Positions 31,728 through 40,570 of a DNA stretch of 64,000 bases are shown one piece after another (the first letter of the stretch is position 1; each line of letters opens with the position of its first letter). Under the pieces are notes generated by a model. The model was not told the origin of the DNA. It ran no database searches and worked only from the letters and a program-made list of their open reading frames with translations. The stretch is taken from the NCBI GenBank assembly GCA_011391125.1, contig JAABRE010000006.1, forward strand, positions 33,131 through 97,130. Reading direction: 5' to 3'. The DNA is from Synechococcales cyanobacterium S06 (GTDB lineage Bacteria > Cyanobacteriota > Cyanobacteriia > Cyanobacteriales > JAABRE01). The position numbers and the translations under genes are program-made.

Positions 31728-32513
31728 ATGAAAACTGACCACATTTTTTATCGCATTTTTAAAGATTTACCCACAACTTTTTTTGAGTTATGGGAAAACT
31801 CACCCCAACAGGTGAACAATTACCGTTTTGATTCGGTAGAATTGAAACAAACAGCCTTTAGAATTGATGGAGTATTTTTACCCGACGACATTGACAATCC
31901 TATTTATTTTACGGAGGTACAATTTCAAAAAGATTGTACTATTTATGCTCGTTTATTTTCTGAAATATTCACTTATATTAGAGAAAATGATCCTAAAATA
32001 CGTTGGCGAGCTATGATTATTTTTAGAAGTCGTAGCATTGAACCAACAATTAGAGAAAGAGAATCCGTAGAACCATTGTTAGATTGTCCCTTTGTAAAGC
32101 GAATTTATTTGAATGAATTAACAGTAGATGAAAATACTCCTTTAGGAGTGCAAATTATTCACCTAATTGTTACTAAGAAAAAGCAGTTTTTAGAGACATC
32201 AAACAAGTTAATTCAGCAAGTAAAACAACAATTTACCGATGAACAAACTCGGTTAGAAATGTTAAATTTGTTAGAAACAATTATCTTAACTAAATTACCC
32301 AAAATGAGTCGCAAGGAGTTAGAGAATATGTTTGGAGTTAATGATTTAAGAAAAACCCGTTTTGCTCAAGAATTACTTGAGGAAGGGGAACAAGAAGCGA
32401 AAATTAAAATAATTCCTCGATTATTAGGAAAAGGATTTTCCCTTGAAGAAATTGCTGCAATTGTCGAATTAGATATTAAACAAGTGCGACAAGTTATTGC
32501 TAACTTGAATTAA
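31728..32513 (+). CDS. Rpn family / DUF2887 PD-(D/E)xK protein
   Basis: MKTDHIFYRIF, FDSVELKQTAFRIDGVF, EVQFQKD. Confidence 0.88.
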   Translation: MKTDHIFYRIFKDLPTTFFELWENSPQQVNNYRFDSVELKQTAFRIDGVFLPDDIDNPIYFTEVQFQKDCTIYARLFSEIFTYIRENDPKIRWRAMIIFRSRSIEPTIRERESVEPLLDCPFVKRIYLNELTVDENTPLGVQIIHLIVTKKKQFLETSNKLIQQVKQQFTDEQTRLEMLNLLETIILTKLPKMSRKELENMFGVNDLRKTRFAQELLEEGEQEAKIKIIPRLLGKGFSLEEIAAIVELDIKQVRQVIANLN

Positions 32514-32634
32514 TTTTAGGGTGGGTAATACCCACCTTTTTGTTATTAATTAATATTTGAACATAAAAGAAGAGGAATCAATGAATTTTATTAATAGATT
32601 ATATAATTGGTTTTTAAGTGGTTTAAAAAGAAGT

Positions 32635-32690
32635 TATTTTTAGCTTACAATATTAACAGGTAAATCGGGCGATCGCCCTTTCTATCTGTT
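32635..32690 (+). repeat. Cassette-boundary repeat R7 (most complete hairpin)
   Basis: TATTTTTAGCTTACAATATTAACAGGTAAATCGGGCGATCGCCCTTTCTATCTGTT. Confidence 0.95.
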
Positions 32691-32723
32691 ATAATCTTCT
32701 CAAATAAAACTTAGTTTTTTGAT

Positions 32724-32954
32724 ATGGAAACCTTAGAAATTCGCCAACAAATTAATGAATATCTTGAGCAACTTTCCCCTGATAAATTATTAGTTGCTGC
32801 TGATTTTTTAGCTTATTTAAGCCAAAAAGAATCTGATGATCCTACCCTCGAATTATTGAAAATTGACGGGATTGAAGAAGCTTATCAAAATGCGAAAAAA
32901 AATATTATACAAGGTAAGGTGATCTCAGTTGACCAACTTAAACGAAAATATTAA
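32724..32954 (+). CDS. Putative antitoxin
   Basis: Small acidic ORF upstream of and overlapping the RelE gene. Confidence 0.7.
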   Translation: METLEIRQQINEYLEQLSPDKLLVAADFLAYLSQKESDDPTLELLKIDGIEEAYQNAKKNIIQGKVISVDQLKRKY

Positions 32955-33213
32955 TTATCTGGTTCTTATTAGTATTGATGCTCAACCGTTTTTTGAGTCG
33001 GCTGCTCCATCTTTACAAAAGAAATTAGATCGCTGTTTTGACCGTTTAAAAATTGACCCTTATAATTATCCTAATATTAAACCATTAAAAGGTGTTTTTT
33101 CTGGTAGTTATCGTTATCGTGTTGGTGATTATCGAGTTATTTATGAAATAGATGATAATTTAAAACAAGTGACAATTATTTTGATTGCACATCGAAATAA
33201 AATTTATGAATAG
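32929..33213 (+). CDS. relE: RelE/ParE family toxin
   Basis: IKPLKG...YRYRVGDYRVIYEIDD...I.HRNKIY. Confidence 0.9.
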   Translation: MTNLNENINYLVLISIDAQPFFESAAPSLQKKLDRCFDRLKIDPYNYPNIKPLKGVFSGSYRYRVGDYRVIYEIDDNLKQVTIILIAHRNKIYE

Positions 33214-33225
33214 TTAAAATAGATA

Positions 33226-33285
33226 AGCTATTTTTAGCTTACAACATTAACAAATAAATAGGAGTTATATTTCTTTCTATCTGTT
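33226..33285 (+). repeat. Cassette-boundary repeat R8 (HIP1 apex replaced)
   Basis: AGCTATTTTTAGCTTACAACATTAACAAATAAATAGGAGTTATATTTCTTTCTATCTGTT. Confidence 0.88.
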
Positions 33286-33337
33286 ACAATCTTAATGAAA
33301 GTTAACCTTAATTTTTTAGTATGAAAAAATTAAAAAT

Positions 33338-33826
33338 ATGGAATGGAAAAATGTCTGTGAAAATAAAGATTTGCGTAATTTACCCTTTAAAATTGAGTTA
33401 AATAAATGGGGTCAAATTGTCATGAGTCCAGCTAAAATTAAACATTCTTTTTATCAAGGTTTGATTGCAGAATTATTAAATTCTTTCTTAAAAACAGGTT
33501 TTGCTTTTCCTGAATGTGCGATCGATACTAATGATAATACGAAAGTTGCTGATGTGGTTTGGTGTTCAGATCAAAGATTAACAATAATTGAAAATGAAAC
33601 TTCTGCTTCCATTGCTCCTGAAATTTGTATAGAAATTATTTCTTCTAGTAATACTTTTGAAGAAATGGAAACTAAAAAAAATTTGTATTTTGAAGTACAA
33701 GCTCAAGAATTTTGGCTTTGTGACCAGGAGGGAAATATTACATTTTATAACCCAGAAGGTGAATTAGAACAATCAAAGTTAGTTCCCCAATTTCCTAAGA
33801 AAATTAAACAAAGGGTTATTTCTTAA
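33338..33826 (+). CDS. Uma2 family endonuclease
   Basis: G.IVMSP, VADVVW, APEICIEIIS, EFWLCD. Confidence 0.88.
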   Translation: MEWKNVCENKDLRNLPFKIELNKWGQIVMSPAKIKHSFYQGLIAELLNSFLKTGFAFPECAIDTNDNTKVADVVWCSDQRLTIIENETSASIAPEICIEIISSSNTFEEMETKKNLYFEVQAQEFWLCDQEGNITFYNPEGELEQSKLVPQFPKKIKQRVIS

Positions 33827-33889
33827 TCTGTGTAGATAATGTTATCAATCTATTAAAAAAAGACTTGAAAAATTACAGGGATAAATACA

Positions 33890-34171
33890 ATAAATCATAA
33901 ATATTTTGGTAGTAATTTTGATGATTTTTTAGCGGAAGAATGCTTATTAGAAAAGATAGAAGTAACGGCCATTAAAAAAGTTATTGCCTATCAAATAGAA
34001 CAAGAAATTAAACAAAAAGGTTGGACAAAAACAGAAATGGCAAAAAAAATGAACACCAGTCGTTTATTATGAAATCTTTTATTAGACCCAAACAATGCTT
34101 CGGTTAATTTACAAACTATTACCAAAGCTGTCTTTATTTTATGCAAAAAATTGAAAATTGAACTGGTTTAA
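33890..34171 (+). pseudogene. XRE-family antitoxin pseudogene
   Basis: Manual translation (I)NHKYFGSNFDDFLAEE...AIKKVIAYQI...TKTEMAKKMNTSRLL*NLLLDPNNASVNLQT...KKLKIELV*; ATA in place of a start codon, internal TGA at 34070. Confidence 0.8.
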
Positions 34172-34178
34172 ACCAAGT

Positions 34179-34228
34179 TATTTTTAGCTTACAATAGTAA
34201 CAAATAACTATGGCGATCGATCGCCTTT
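34179..34228 (+). repeat. Cassette-boundary repeat R9 (last copy)
   Basis: TATTTTTAGCTTACAATAGTAACAAATAACTATGGCGATCGATCGCCTTT. Confidence 0.85.
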
Positions 34229-34264
34229 ATTAACAAAAAAAATAACCAATTACTAATTATTACC

Positions 34265-34906
34265 ATGTTTTTTCTCCCTCATTCGAGATTTTTCGGCGCT
34301 ATATTGACTGCGACAACCCTGATCCTGTCTGCTTGCACTTCCCCAGAACCAACTTCAACTCCTGGCTCAAAAAATCATGCTCAGATGATGGATCATAGTA
34401 CCATGAGTTTGGGACCTGCTGATGGGGAGTATGATCTTCGCTTCATTGATGCCATGATTCCCCACCATGAAGGTGCTGTGGTAATGGCCAAGGATGTGTT
34501 GGCAAAATCAAAACGACCCGAATTGCTAAAACTTGCTACGGGGATCATCAATGCTCAAGATGAAGAAATTATTAAAATGAAGGAATGGCGAAAAACTTGG
34601 TATCCAAAAGCACCTGAAACACCCATGGCCTGGAATTCTGCCATGAATCATAGCATGAATATGTCCCCAGAGCAAATCCAAGCAATGCGTATGGATCTGG
34701 ATTTGGGGGTTGCTGATGCTGACTACGATCGCCGTTTTATTGATGCAATGATCCCACACCATGAAGCAGCTGTAGTAATGGCCAAGGATGTGTTGCAAAA
34801 ATCGAAGCGGACAGAAATGCAGCAATTAGCCAACAATATAATTGCGTCACAACAAAAAGAAATTGACCAGATGAAACAATGGCACAAAAATTGGTATGGT
34901 AATTAG
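34265..34906 (+). CDS. DUF305 (CopM-like) Met/His-rich metal-binding lipoprotein
   Basis: Lipobox LSAC; duplicated D.RFIDAMIPHHE.AVVMA. Confidence 0.85.
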   Translation: MFFLPHSRFFGAILTATTLILSACTSPEPTSTPGSKNHAQMMDHSTMSLGPADGEYDLRFIDAMIPHHEGAVVMAKDVLAKSKRPELLKLATGIINAQDEEIIKMKEWRKTWYPKAPETPMAWNSAMNHSMNMSPEQIQAMRMDLDLGVADADYDRRFIDAMIPHHEAAVVMAKDVLQKSKRTEMQQLANNIIASQQKEIDQMKQWHKNWYGN

Positions 34907-35039
34907 TATCTCTATGGAGAAATAAGCTTTGCACAAATTGCCTAATAATTGAGATTTTTGAGGAGCAAATTATAAAAAAAGCTCCTCAAAAAGAGAAGTA
35001 ATTATAGACAAAAACTCCCCTAAATTTTTCTTGAACTGA

Positions 35040-35765
35040 TTACAACTTCACGAGAACTCCTGGTTCTTTTTGTATCGGTAAAACATCCAATAAATCAATG
35101 TTGGCGCAATATCTTAAATCTTCGTGACAGTTTAATCTTAATAAACGCTGACCATGACTAGATTTATGGAACAATTCTAACAAGTTAGCTTCCCATTGAA
35201 GATAAAGGCTTTGTGCAGCAATTACCTCATCGTTGCCCACTTCCACCGTTGCACCTTGACTGATTAAACCTTGGACGATCGCCCCAGCACAGACCGTATC
35301 TTCAAGGGAGTAACCACCTTCCCAACCTGAACCAACCAACCACACTGTGTCGGGGTTTTTGTCTAACAAATAAGTAACCACCGATTGACGATTGATCATT
35401 GCTCCAGTCATCACCGTTGCTGAAGCTTGCACCCGTTGTAAAGAGCGAGTTCCGTTGGTGGTCGAGATAAACAAGCGCTTACCGGCCATTAATTCGGAAG
35501 TACAATCAAGGGGAGAATTACCTAAATCGCAACCTTCAACTTGAGCTCCACCTCTTTCCCCTGCTCGCAAGCGTTTCTCTAATGGCCAAGCCTCACTTTT
35601 GCTCATTAATTCATTAATGTCGCTAAAAGCTTGCACAGCTTCTGCACCAACATGAAGAGCAGTTGCAATAGTGGTAGTAGCGCGCAAAACATCAATAGCA
35701 ACGGCACAATCAGGCAAATGGTCAGTGGGAGTCAACTCCGGTGTATGCCAGACAAATAATTTCAC
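35040..35765 (-). CDS. comB: 2-phosphosulfolactate phosphatase family protein
   Basis: [28 protein letters not shown]. Confidence 0.9.
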   Translation of the reverse strand: MKLFVWHTPELTPTDHLPDCAVAIDVLRATTTIATALHVGAEAVQAFSDINELMSKSEAWPLEKRLRAGERGGAQVEGCDLGNSPLDCTSELMAGKRLFISTTNGTRSLQRVQASATVMTGAMINRQSVVTYLLDKNPDTVWLVGSGWEGGYSLEDTVCAGAIVQGLISQGATVEVGNDEVIAAQSLYLQWEANLLELFHKSSHGQRLLRLNCHEDLRYCANIDLLDVLPIQKEPGVLVKL

Positions 35766-35986
35766 AATTTCTCCTCTTTTTATTACAATGAAGTTAATTA
35801 AATGTATAAAAAATTATCTCATTAATCGGGCTAAATTGCCCATATTTTTAATTATAATTGATCGGGGAGCATTTGCTTATTTTTTAATCTGAAATTTTGC
35901 TCCCAAAATAATCTTAAATATTACCATCCCTAATAATTTATACTTGGCCAGGTTATAAAGTTAGCTGGTGAAGATGAGGAAATAGA

Positions 35987-36051
35987 TAATAGGTAATAAG
36001 TAATAGGTAATGGGTAATAGGTAATAGGTAATAAGTAATAAGTAATAGGTA
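35987..36051. repeat. Heptamer tandem repeat (TAATAGG/TAATAAG)n
   Basis: ~9 imperfect 7-bp units. Confidence 0.85.
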
Positions 36052-36149
36052 AAAAAAGCGAACTATTTTTTGCTCAATAAGCTCAAATTGTCACCTTATC
36101 AAGTATTTTATCAAATAGATCATCAATTATTAAAATACTCCAATTAAGG

Positions 36150-37133
36150 TTAAACAATAATTAAAAGTTGTCCCATTAATTTTCTAATTAAACTTTGCCA
36201 TTCTTTGGTATTACTTAATTGATAAATATCAATTTCTTGACCAGATTCTTGACTATAATTTTTAAAAAATTCGATCCAGTGAAGGATAGTTTCCGTGGGG
36301 GAAGAAATTTTATAAGTCCAAGATTTTTCTAAATATTCTGTCATCTCTTGAATATGATCTGTATGATATAAACGCCAAGCACACCAAATCAAGGTATAAT
36401 AACGACATTCTTTCTCCCATTCTTTAACTTCATCTGATAAATTAGATTGGGAGAAAAATTTATCTAATACTTCCATAGATTCCCGTGATTGTACTATGGT
36501 ATTAAGGGAATCATTGCCATCATGTTCTCGATAATATAAAGTAATTTCTTCTAACCATTTTGTCTCATAACCGGCTAAAGTTAGACGAAAAATTAAGTCT
36601 AAATCACAGACTTGTGTCAAGTTATGATCTAAACCTCCTACTTGCAAAATTGCCTCTCGACGAAACATCATTGCTCCTAATAAAACAGGTTTCCACCATA
36701 ACCAATTTTTCAAATTTAACAAGGGTATTTTTTCCCATGGTTTCATGGTTCCTTTAATTTTATTTTCAGGATCAATTCGATACCAACCACTATGAATTAT
36801 TGTTGGTTTGGATGAATTTTGAAAACCCTTTAGTTGCATTTCTAGCTTATTTTTAATCCAATAATCATCCTGATCTAAAAATGCGATATACTCTCCCGTG
36901 GCCATTTCTAAACCTTTATTTCTGGCAGCTGCAACTCCTTGATTATTTTGGTAAATATATTTGATTTTCTCAAAATAAGGCCCTAAAATTTGTTTACTAC
37001 TATCAGTAGAACCATCATCCACTACTATTATTTCATAGTTAGTGTAGGTTTGGTTAAGTACACTTTCGATCGCTTCATTAAGATATTTTTCCCCGTTATA
37101 AACGGGAATAATTACACTTACTTGATCCTTCAT
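36150..37133 (-). CDS. GT2 glycosyltransferase
   Basis: VSVIIPVYN, VVDDGSTD, FLDQDD. Confidence 0.9.
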   Translation of the reverse strand: MKDQVSVIIPVYNGEKYLNEAIESVLNQTYTNYEIIVVDDGSTDSSKQILGPYFEKIKYIYQNNQGVAAARNKGLEMATGEYIAFLDQDDYWIKNKLEMQLKGFQNSSKPTIIHSGWYRIDPENKIKGTMKPWEKIPLLNLKNWLWWKPVLLGAMMFRREAILQVGGLDHNLTQVCDLDLIFRLTLAGYETKWLEEITLYYREHDGNDSLNTIVQSRESMEVLDKFFSQSNLSDEVKEWEKECRYYTLIWCAWRLYHTDHIQEMTEYLEKSWTYKISSPTETILHWIEFFKNYSQESGQEIDIYQLSNTKEWQSLIRKLMGQLLIIV

Positions 37134-37137
37134 AAGA

Positions 37138-37575
37138 TTAACGTAATATCCTGATAAATTCTAAAGGTAGACCATCACTATCCGCAATAAAGATTACTTC
37201 ATAAATGCGATCGCCTATTTGTTGTTGACCGGGTTTTAATAACACTTTTAAAGGTGAAATTTGCTCAGGATTTTTCGCATTTTCCTGCCTAAATTTTTGC
37301 TCTAAATCAGTTAACCAAGTCGATAAATTTGGCGTAATTTCTGTTAAGTCAAAGGACAAATGATAATAGCCAACATAATGTTCATCATGAAAGGGATCGG
37401 CTGCTGGTTTAGGTTCAGGAATTTGAATTAACTCAATTCGCGAACCCAAACCTTCTAACCAACAAGCAAGGGTGTAACCGGTCGTAAATTTTTCTTGTAC
37501 TGTGAAATCTAATAACTCATAAAAGGCGATCGCCCGATGGATATTAGCAGTACGAATTGAAACATGGTGCATCAT
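37138..37575 (-). CDS. VOC/glyoxalase family protein
   Basis: HHVSIRT...FY, IELI, HLSF, D.DG.PLEF. Confidence 0.85.
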   Translation of the reverse strand: MMHHVSIRTANIHRAIAFYELLDFTVQEKFTTGYTLACWLEGLGSRIELIQIPEPKPAADPFHDEHYVGYYHLSFDLTEITPNLSTWLTDLEQKFRQENAKNPEQISPLKVLLKPGQQQIGDRIYEVIFIADSDGLPLEFIRILR

Positions 37576-38063
37576 TCAAATAAGCGAAAATAAGGATAAC
37601 GTTGTGGAACTCCGGGTTCAGTTTCAAAATCAAAATTAATCACTTCCCAACGTTCTTCATCGCTAGATTCAGGGCTAAATTCCACAGGAATATTATATAA
37701 TTTAAATGATTTAAGATCATTCGTATTCCTTTCTAAATAACAAGTAATTAAATCTTGATAACGATGGGCAATAATGATTTTCGTGACTTGATTACCGGAA
37801 CGATAAAGATTATCTAAAGCTTCGTGAATTTCAAAACGAATACCATCCGGGTGAATATGTTGGCGATACCACTCATGCTCCCAGCTTCGCCAATGACGAC
37901 CTGATTGCAAGTGGACTAATTCCTCAGTTTTGGGGTCGGCTTCAAAAGCGCCATGACGATGACACAAATAACTATCTGTCAAAGTCAAAGCGGCAATTTG
38001 TTGACGACAATGGGGACAGGAAATTTCTGGACCAAATATAGGATATTGAAAACTTTGATTCAT
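37572..38063 (-). CDS. Conserved cyanobacterial Zn-finger protein (TIGR02652-like)
   Basis: YPIFGPEI.CPHCRQ.I.ALTLTD.YLC.RHGAFEA. Confidence 0.8.
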   Translation of the reverse strand: MNQSFQYPIFGPEISCPHCRQQIAALTLTDSYLCHRHGAFEADPKTEELVHLQSGRHWRSWEHEWYRQHIHPDGIRFEIHEALDNLYRSGNQVTKIIIAHRYQDLITCYLERNTNDLKSFKLYNIPVEFSPESSDEERWEVINFDFETEPGVPQRYPYFRLFE

Positions 38064-38153
38064 TATCAGTTATTTTAAATTTATTGTCATTATAGCGATT
38101 AGCTGTCAGCTTTTTTAGCCGACATGGCAATTAAATTTATTTAGTAAAATTCT

Positions 38154-38672
38154 GTGAATAATCAATCTTTTTGGCCTCCCGTTGACATTTCCCAGGCTGC
38201 TTTTATCGCTCCCAATGCGGTAGTTATCGGCCATGTTTCCCTCGGAATCGGAGTCAGTGTCTGGTATGGTGCAGTAGTTCGGGCCGATGTGGAACGCATC
38301 GAAATTGGTGCTTATAGCAATATCCAAGATGGCGCAGTTTTACATGGCGATCCCGGCCAAATCACGGTTTTAGAAGATTATGTCACCGTTGGACATCGCG
38401 CCATTATCCATGCCGCACACATTGAAAAAGGTGCTTTAATCGGCATGGGAGCGGTTATTTTAGACGGAGTCAGGGTTGGTGCAGGAAGCATTATTGGCGC
38501 AGGAAGCATTGTCACTAAAGACGTTCCGGAGCGATCGCTCATGGTCGGTATTCCCGCTCGAAAAGTGCGCTCCGTTTCCCTGGCCGAAGCCGAAGAATTA
38601 ATCGAACACGCCCGGCGTTATGAAAAATTGGCCCAAGTTCATGCGGGTACAGGTACAGAGTTAGGTTTTTGA
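38154..38672 (+). CDS. Gamma carbonic anhydrase-like hexapeptide-repeat protein
   Basis: SNIQDGAVLH, VTVGH.A.IH. Confidence 0.9.
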   Translation: MNNQSFWPPVDISQAAFIAPNAVVIGHVSLGIGVSVWYGAVVRADVERIEIGAYSNIQDGAVLHGDPGQITVLEDYVTVGHRAIIHAAHIEKGALIGMGAVILDGVRVGAGSIIGAGSIVTKDVPERSLMVGIPARKVRSVSLAEAEELIEHARRYEKLAQVHAGTGTELGF

Positions 38673-38766
38673 ACAAAAATTTTTCGATCGCAAAATGTAC
38701 CCATTGCATTACACTACCTAAGATGAGAATATTTTAAGAAAAGTTAACAAAGAGAGGATTGTAAAT

Positions 38767-38883
38767 ATGGATTGGCGAATTTTAGTGGTTTTAAGCCCCC
38801 TGCTTCTCGCGGCTGCTTGGGCTTTATTCAATATCGGTGCGGCCGCCATCGGTCAAGTCCAAACTTTATTGAATAAAAAATAA
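38767..38883 (+). CDS. psbY: Photosystem II protein Y (not in the ORF track)
   Basis: [38 protein letters not shown]; GAGAGG RBS upstream. Confidence 0.92.
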   Translation: MDWRILVVLSPLLLAAAWALFNIGAAAIGQVQTLLNKK

Positions 38884-39185
38884 TTTTTGCCCCTGGTAGT
38901 GATGATTGATTAATTGTCACTACTATTTTGGGTTCTGTTTTTATAATTCTATCTAGCAACTCCTGTCTTTGGTGCAAAGTAGTTATTAAGCAAAATATTA
39001 ATTTTTATTACAAATACTTGACAAAAGACGCGGTTTAGCAGTCAGAGTCTTGATTCTTAACAAATTGAAACCTAAAAAAACTGGGTTTTTGATATGATAG
39101 ATCTAGGGTTAATAAATAACGGCAAAACTTTTTAAGTTTGTCAAAATTTGCCCGAATAACTATTAGTTAGAATAGAGATAAACTT

Positions 39186-39545
39186 ATGGATGCGATCGAA
39201 ATTACAGGAATACGTTGTTATGGTTATACAGGATTTTTGCCCGAAGAACGAGTTTTAGGACAATGGTTTGAAGTGAGTTTAACACTATGGTTAGATTTAA
39301 CAAAAGCAGGGAAAAGTGACGCTTTAGAAGATACTTTCGATTATAGACAAGCAATTTCCCTAGTTAAACATTTAGTTAAAACAGCAAAATTTGCTTTAGT
39401 AGAAAAATTAGCAAATGTAATAGCTGAAGATCTTTTAAAATTAAACAGTCTGGCAAAAGTAAGAGTACAATTAGTAAAAGTCTCACCACCCATCGCCGAT
39501 TTTGGTGGCACAATAAAGATCGATATTACCAGAAGCCAGTCATAA
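39186..39545 (+). CDS. folB: Dihydroneopterin aldolase
   Basis: GYTGFLPEE..LGQ.F.V, DYR, LVEKLA. Confidence 0.9.
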   Translation: MDAIEITGIRCYGYTGFLPEERVLGQWFEVSLTLWLDLTKAGKSDALEDTFDYRQAISLVKHLVKTAKFALVEKLANVIAEDLLKLNSLAKVRVQLVKVSPPIADFGGTIKIDITRSQS

Positions 39546-39580
39546 ATCCAAGGCGCGCCCATCATGAAAAGGTTAATTAT

Positions 39581-39692
39581 TAGACTTCTTGCACCAAGTC
39601 AGGTAATAGGTAATAGGTAATAGGTAATAGGTAAAGAAATTGACGCTTTCTGTCGGAAAATTGATTTTATTCTTAGTTTCGCAAGAGGTCTA
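39581..39692. repeat. MITE-like element TAGACTTCTTGC...GCAAGAGGTCTA with internal (AGGTAAT)n
   Basis: Imperfect 12-bp terminal inverted repeats enclosing ~5 heptamers. Confidence 0.6.
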
Positions 39693-39925
39693 TTGATAAG
39701 AATTGTTACCAATTGTTAAAGAAATAATTAGCTTAAACAAAAGCTAAATCAAGTTAATCAGGGAGGAACAACTAAATGACACCTCAATTATCAGTAAACT
39801 TACTTAGATAAACCCGATCAAATTAATATTTTGTAACAATTTAGCTTAACTTTTCGGGCAAAAATATGGCAAATTAGAAATATAAGGCTTTAAATAGAAT
39901 AAGTCGAAAAATAATTTATTTAGGG

Positions 39926-40117
39926 TTGCAAAAAATCAAAAATATGAACTTAAGAATTAGGCAAGTAACACAACCAGTTTGGGAATACGTAAACCAACCC
40001 ATTTTTGACCGTCAATCAGTGTGGAAACCGGGTCAATTTTGGTACGTGTATAAAATAAATCTGTTAGAACGTTGTTGGCAAAAAGAAAGTACATCCCAAA
40101 GCCATTTTTCCCAGTGA
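39926..40117 (+). CDS. Small hypothetical protein
   Basis: W.Y.NQP.F....VW.P..FW..Y...LLERCW resembles a small cyanobacterial family; start probably ATG 39944. Confidence 0.5.
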   Translation: MQKIKNMNLRIRQVTQPVWEYVNQPIFDRQSVWKPGQFWYVYKINLLERCWQKESTSQSHFSQ

Positions 40118-40202
40118 AGTACCGTTAACCATTGACAATTATCAATTATGTTTATTTTTATGTATTAATTTATTATTATTTTCAAACGGGATTGCTCAGA
40201 TC

Positions 40203-40532
40203 ATGAAAAAAAATCAATTCATCTATCAAGAATTTGGAACTAATAGTAATGAAGAAACTTTTGAAAGGGGAAAACCAGTCTTACCTCCACCTCAACAAAA
40301 TGTGAGGGTACAAACTTCAAAAAGTGGTAGAAAAGGTAAAATTGTCACGATAATTAATGGTTTTCAAACCAGTGAAGCTATTTTAAACCAATTATTAAAA
40401 GATTTAAAAGCTAAGTGTGGTACTGGAGGAACAATTAAAGATGAAACGATGGAAATTCAAGGAGATCATAAACAAAAAATCCTAGAAATTTTACTTAAAC
40501 TAGGATATAAAGCGAAAATTAGTGGTGGTTAA
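40203..40532 (+). CDS. yciH: SUI1 family translation initiation factor
   Basis: GRKGK.VT, LK.KCGTGGT, EIQGDH. Confidence 0.9.
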   Translation: MKKNQFIYQEFGTNSNEETFERGKPVLPPPQQNVRVQTSKSGRKGKIVTIINGFQTSEAILNQLLKDLKAKCGTGGTIKDETMEIQGDHKQKILEILLKLGYKAKISGG

Positions 40533-40570
40533 TTATTAATTATTAATAGTTAATGATTATCAACTATCAA

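Larger units (their letters stand above)
22886..34228 (+). mobile_element. Accessory cassette array / defence island at the gltB 3' end
   Basis: AT-rich accessory genes, almost all on +, separated by 9 copies of a ~50-bp motif; duplicated gltB tail at 27123. Confidence 0.75.

Noticed and set aside
31728-32513. Rpn protein as the array's recombinase
   Set aside because: DUF2887/Rpn genes are multicopy in cyanobacteria, and this one sits inside a cassette as cargo. Nothing in the sequence links it to the repeats.
23611-34228. Boundary repeats as a CRISPR array
   Set aside because: The intervals are 0.45-2.9 kb gene-bearing segments rather than 30-45 bp spacers, the repeats are degenerate, and there are no cas genes.
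23611-34228. Canonical integron
   Set aside because: There is no intI or other tyrosine recombinase in the window, and the sites are shorter than attC and do not fit RYYYAAC/GTTRRRY well. Kept only as an analogy.
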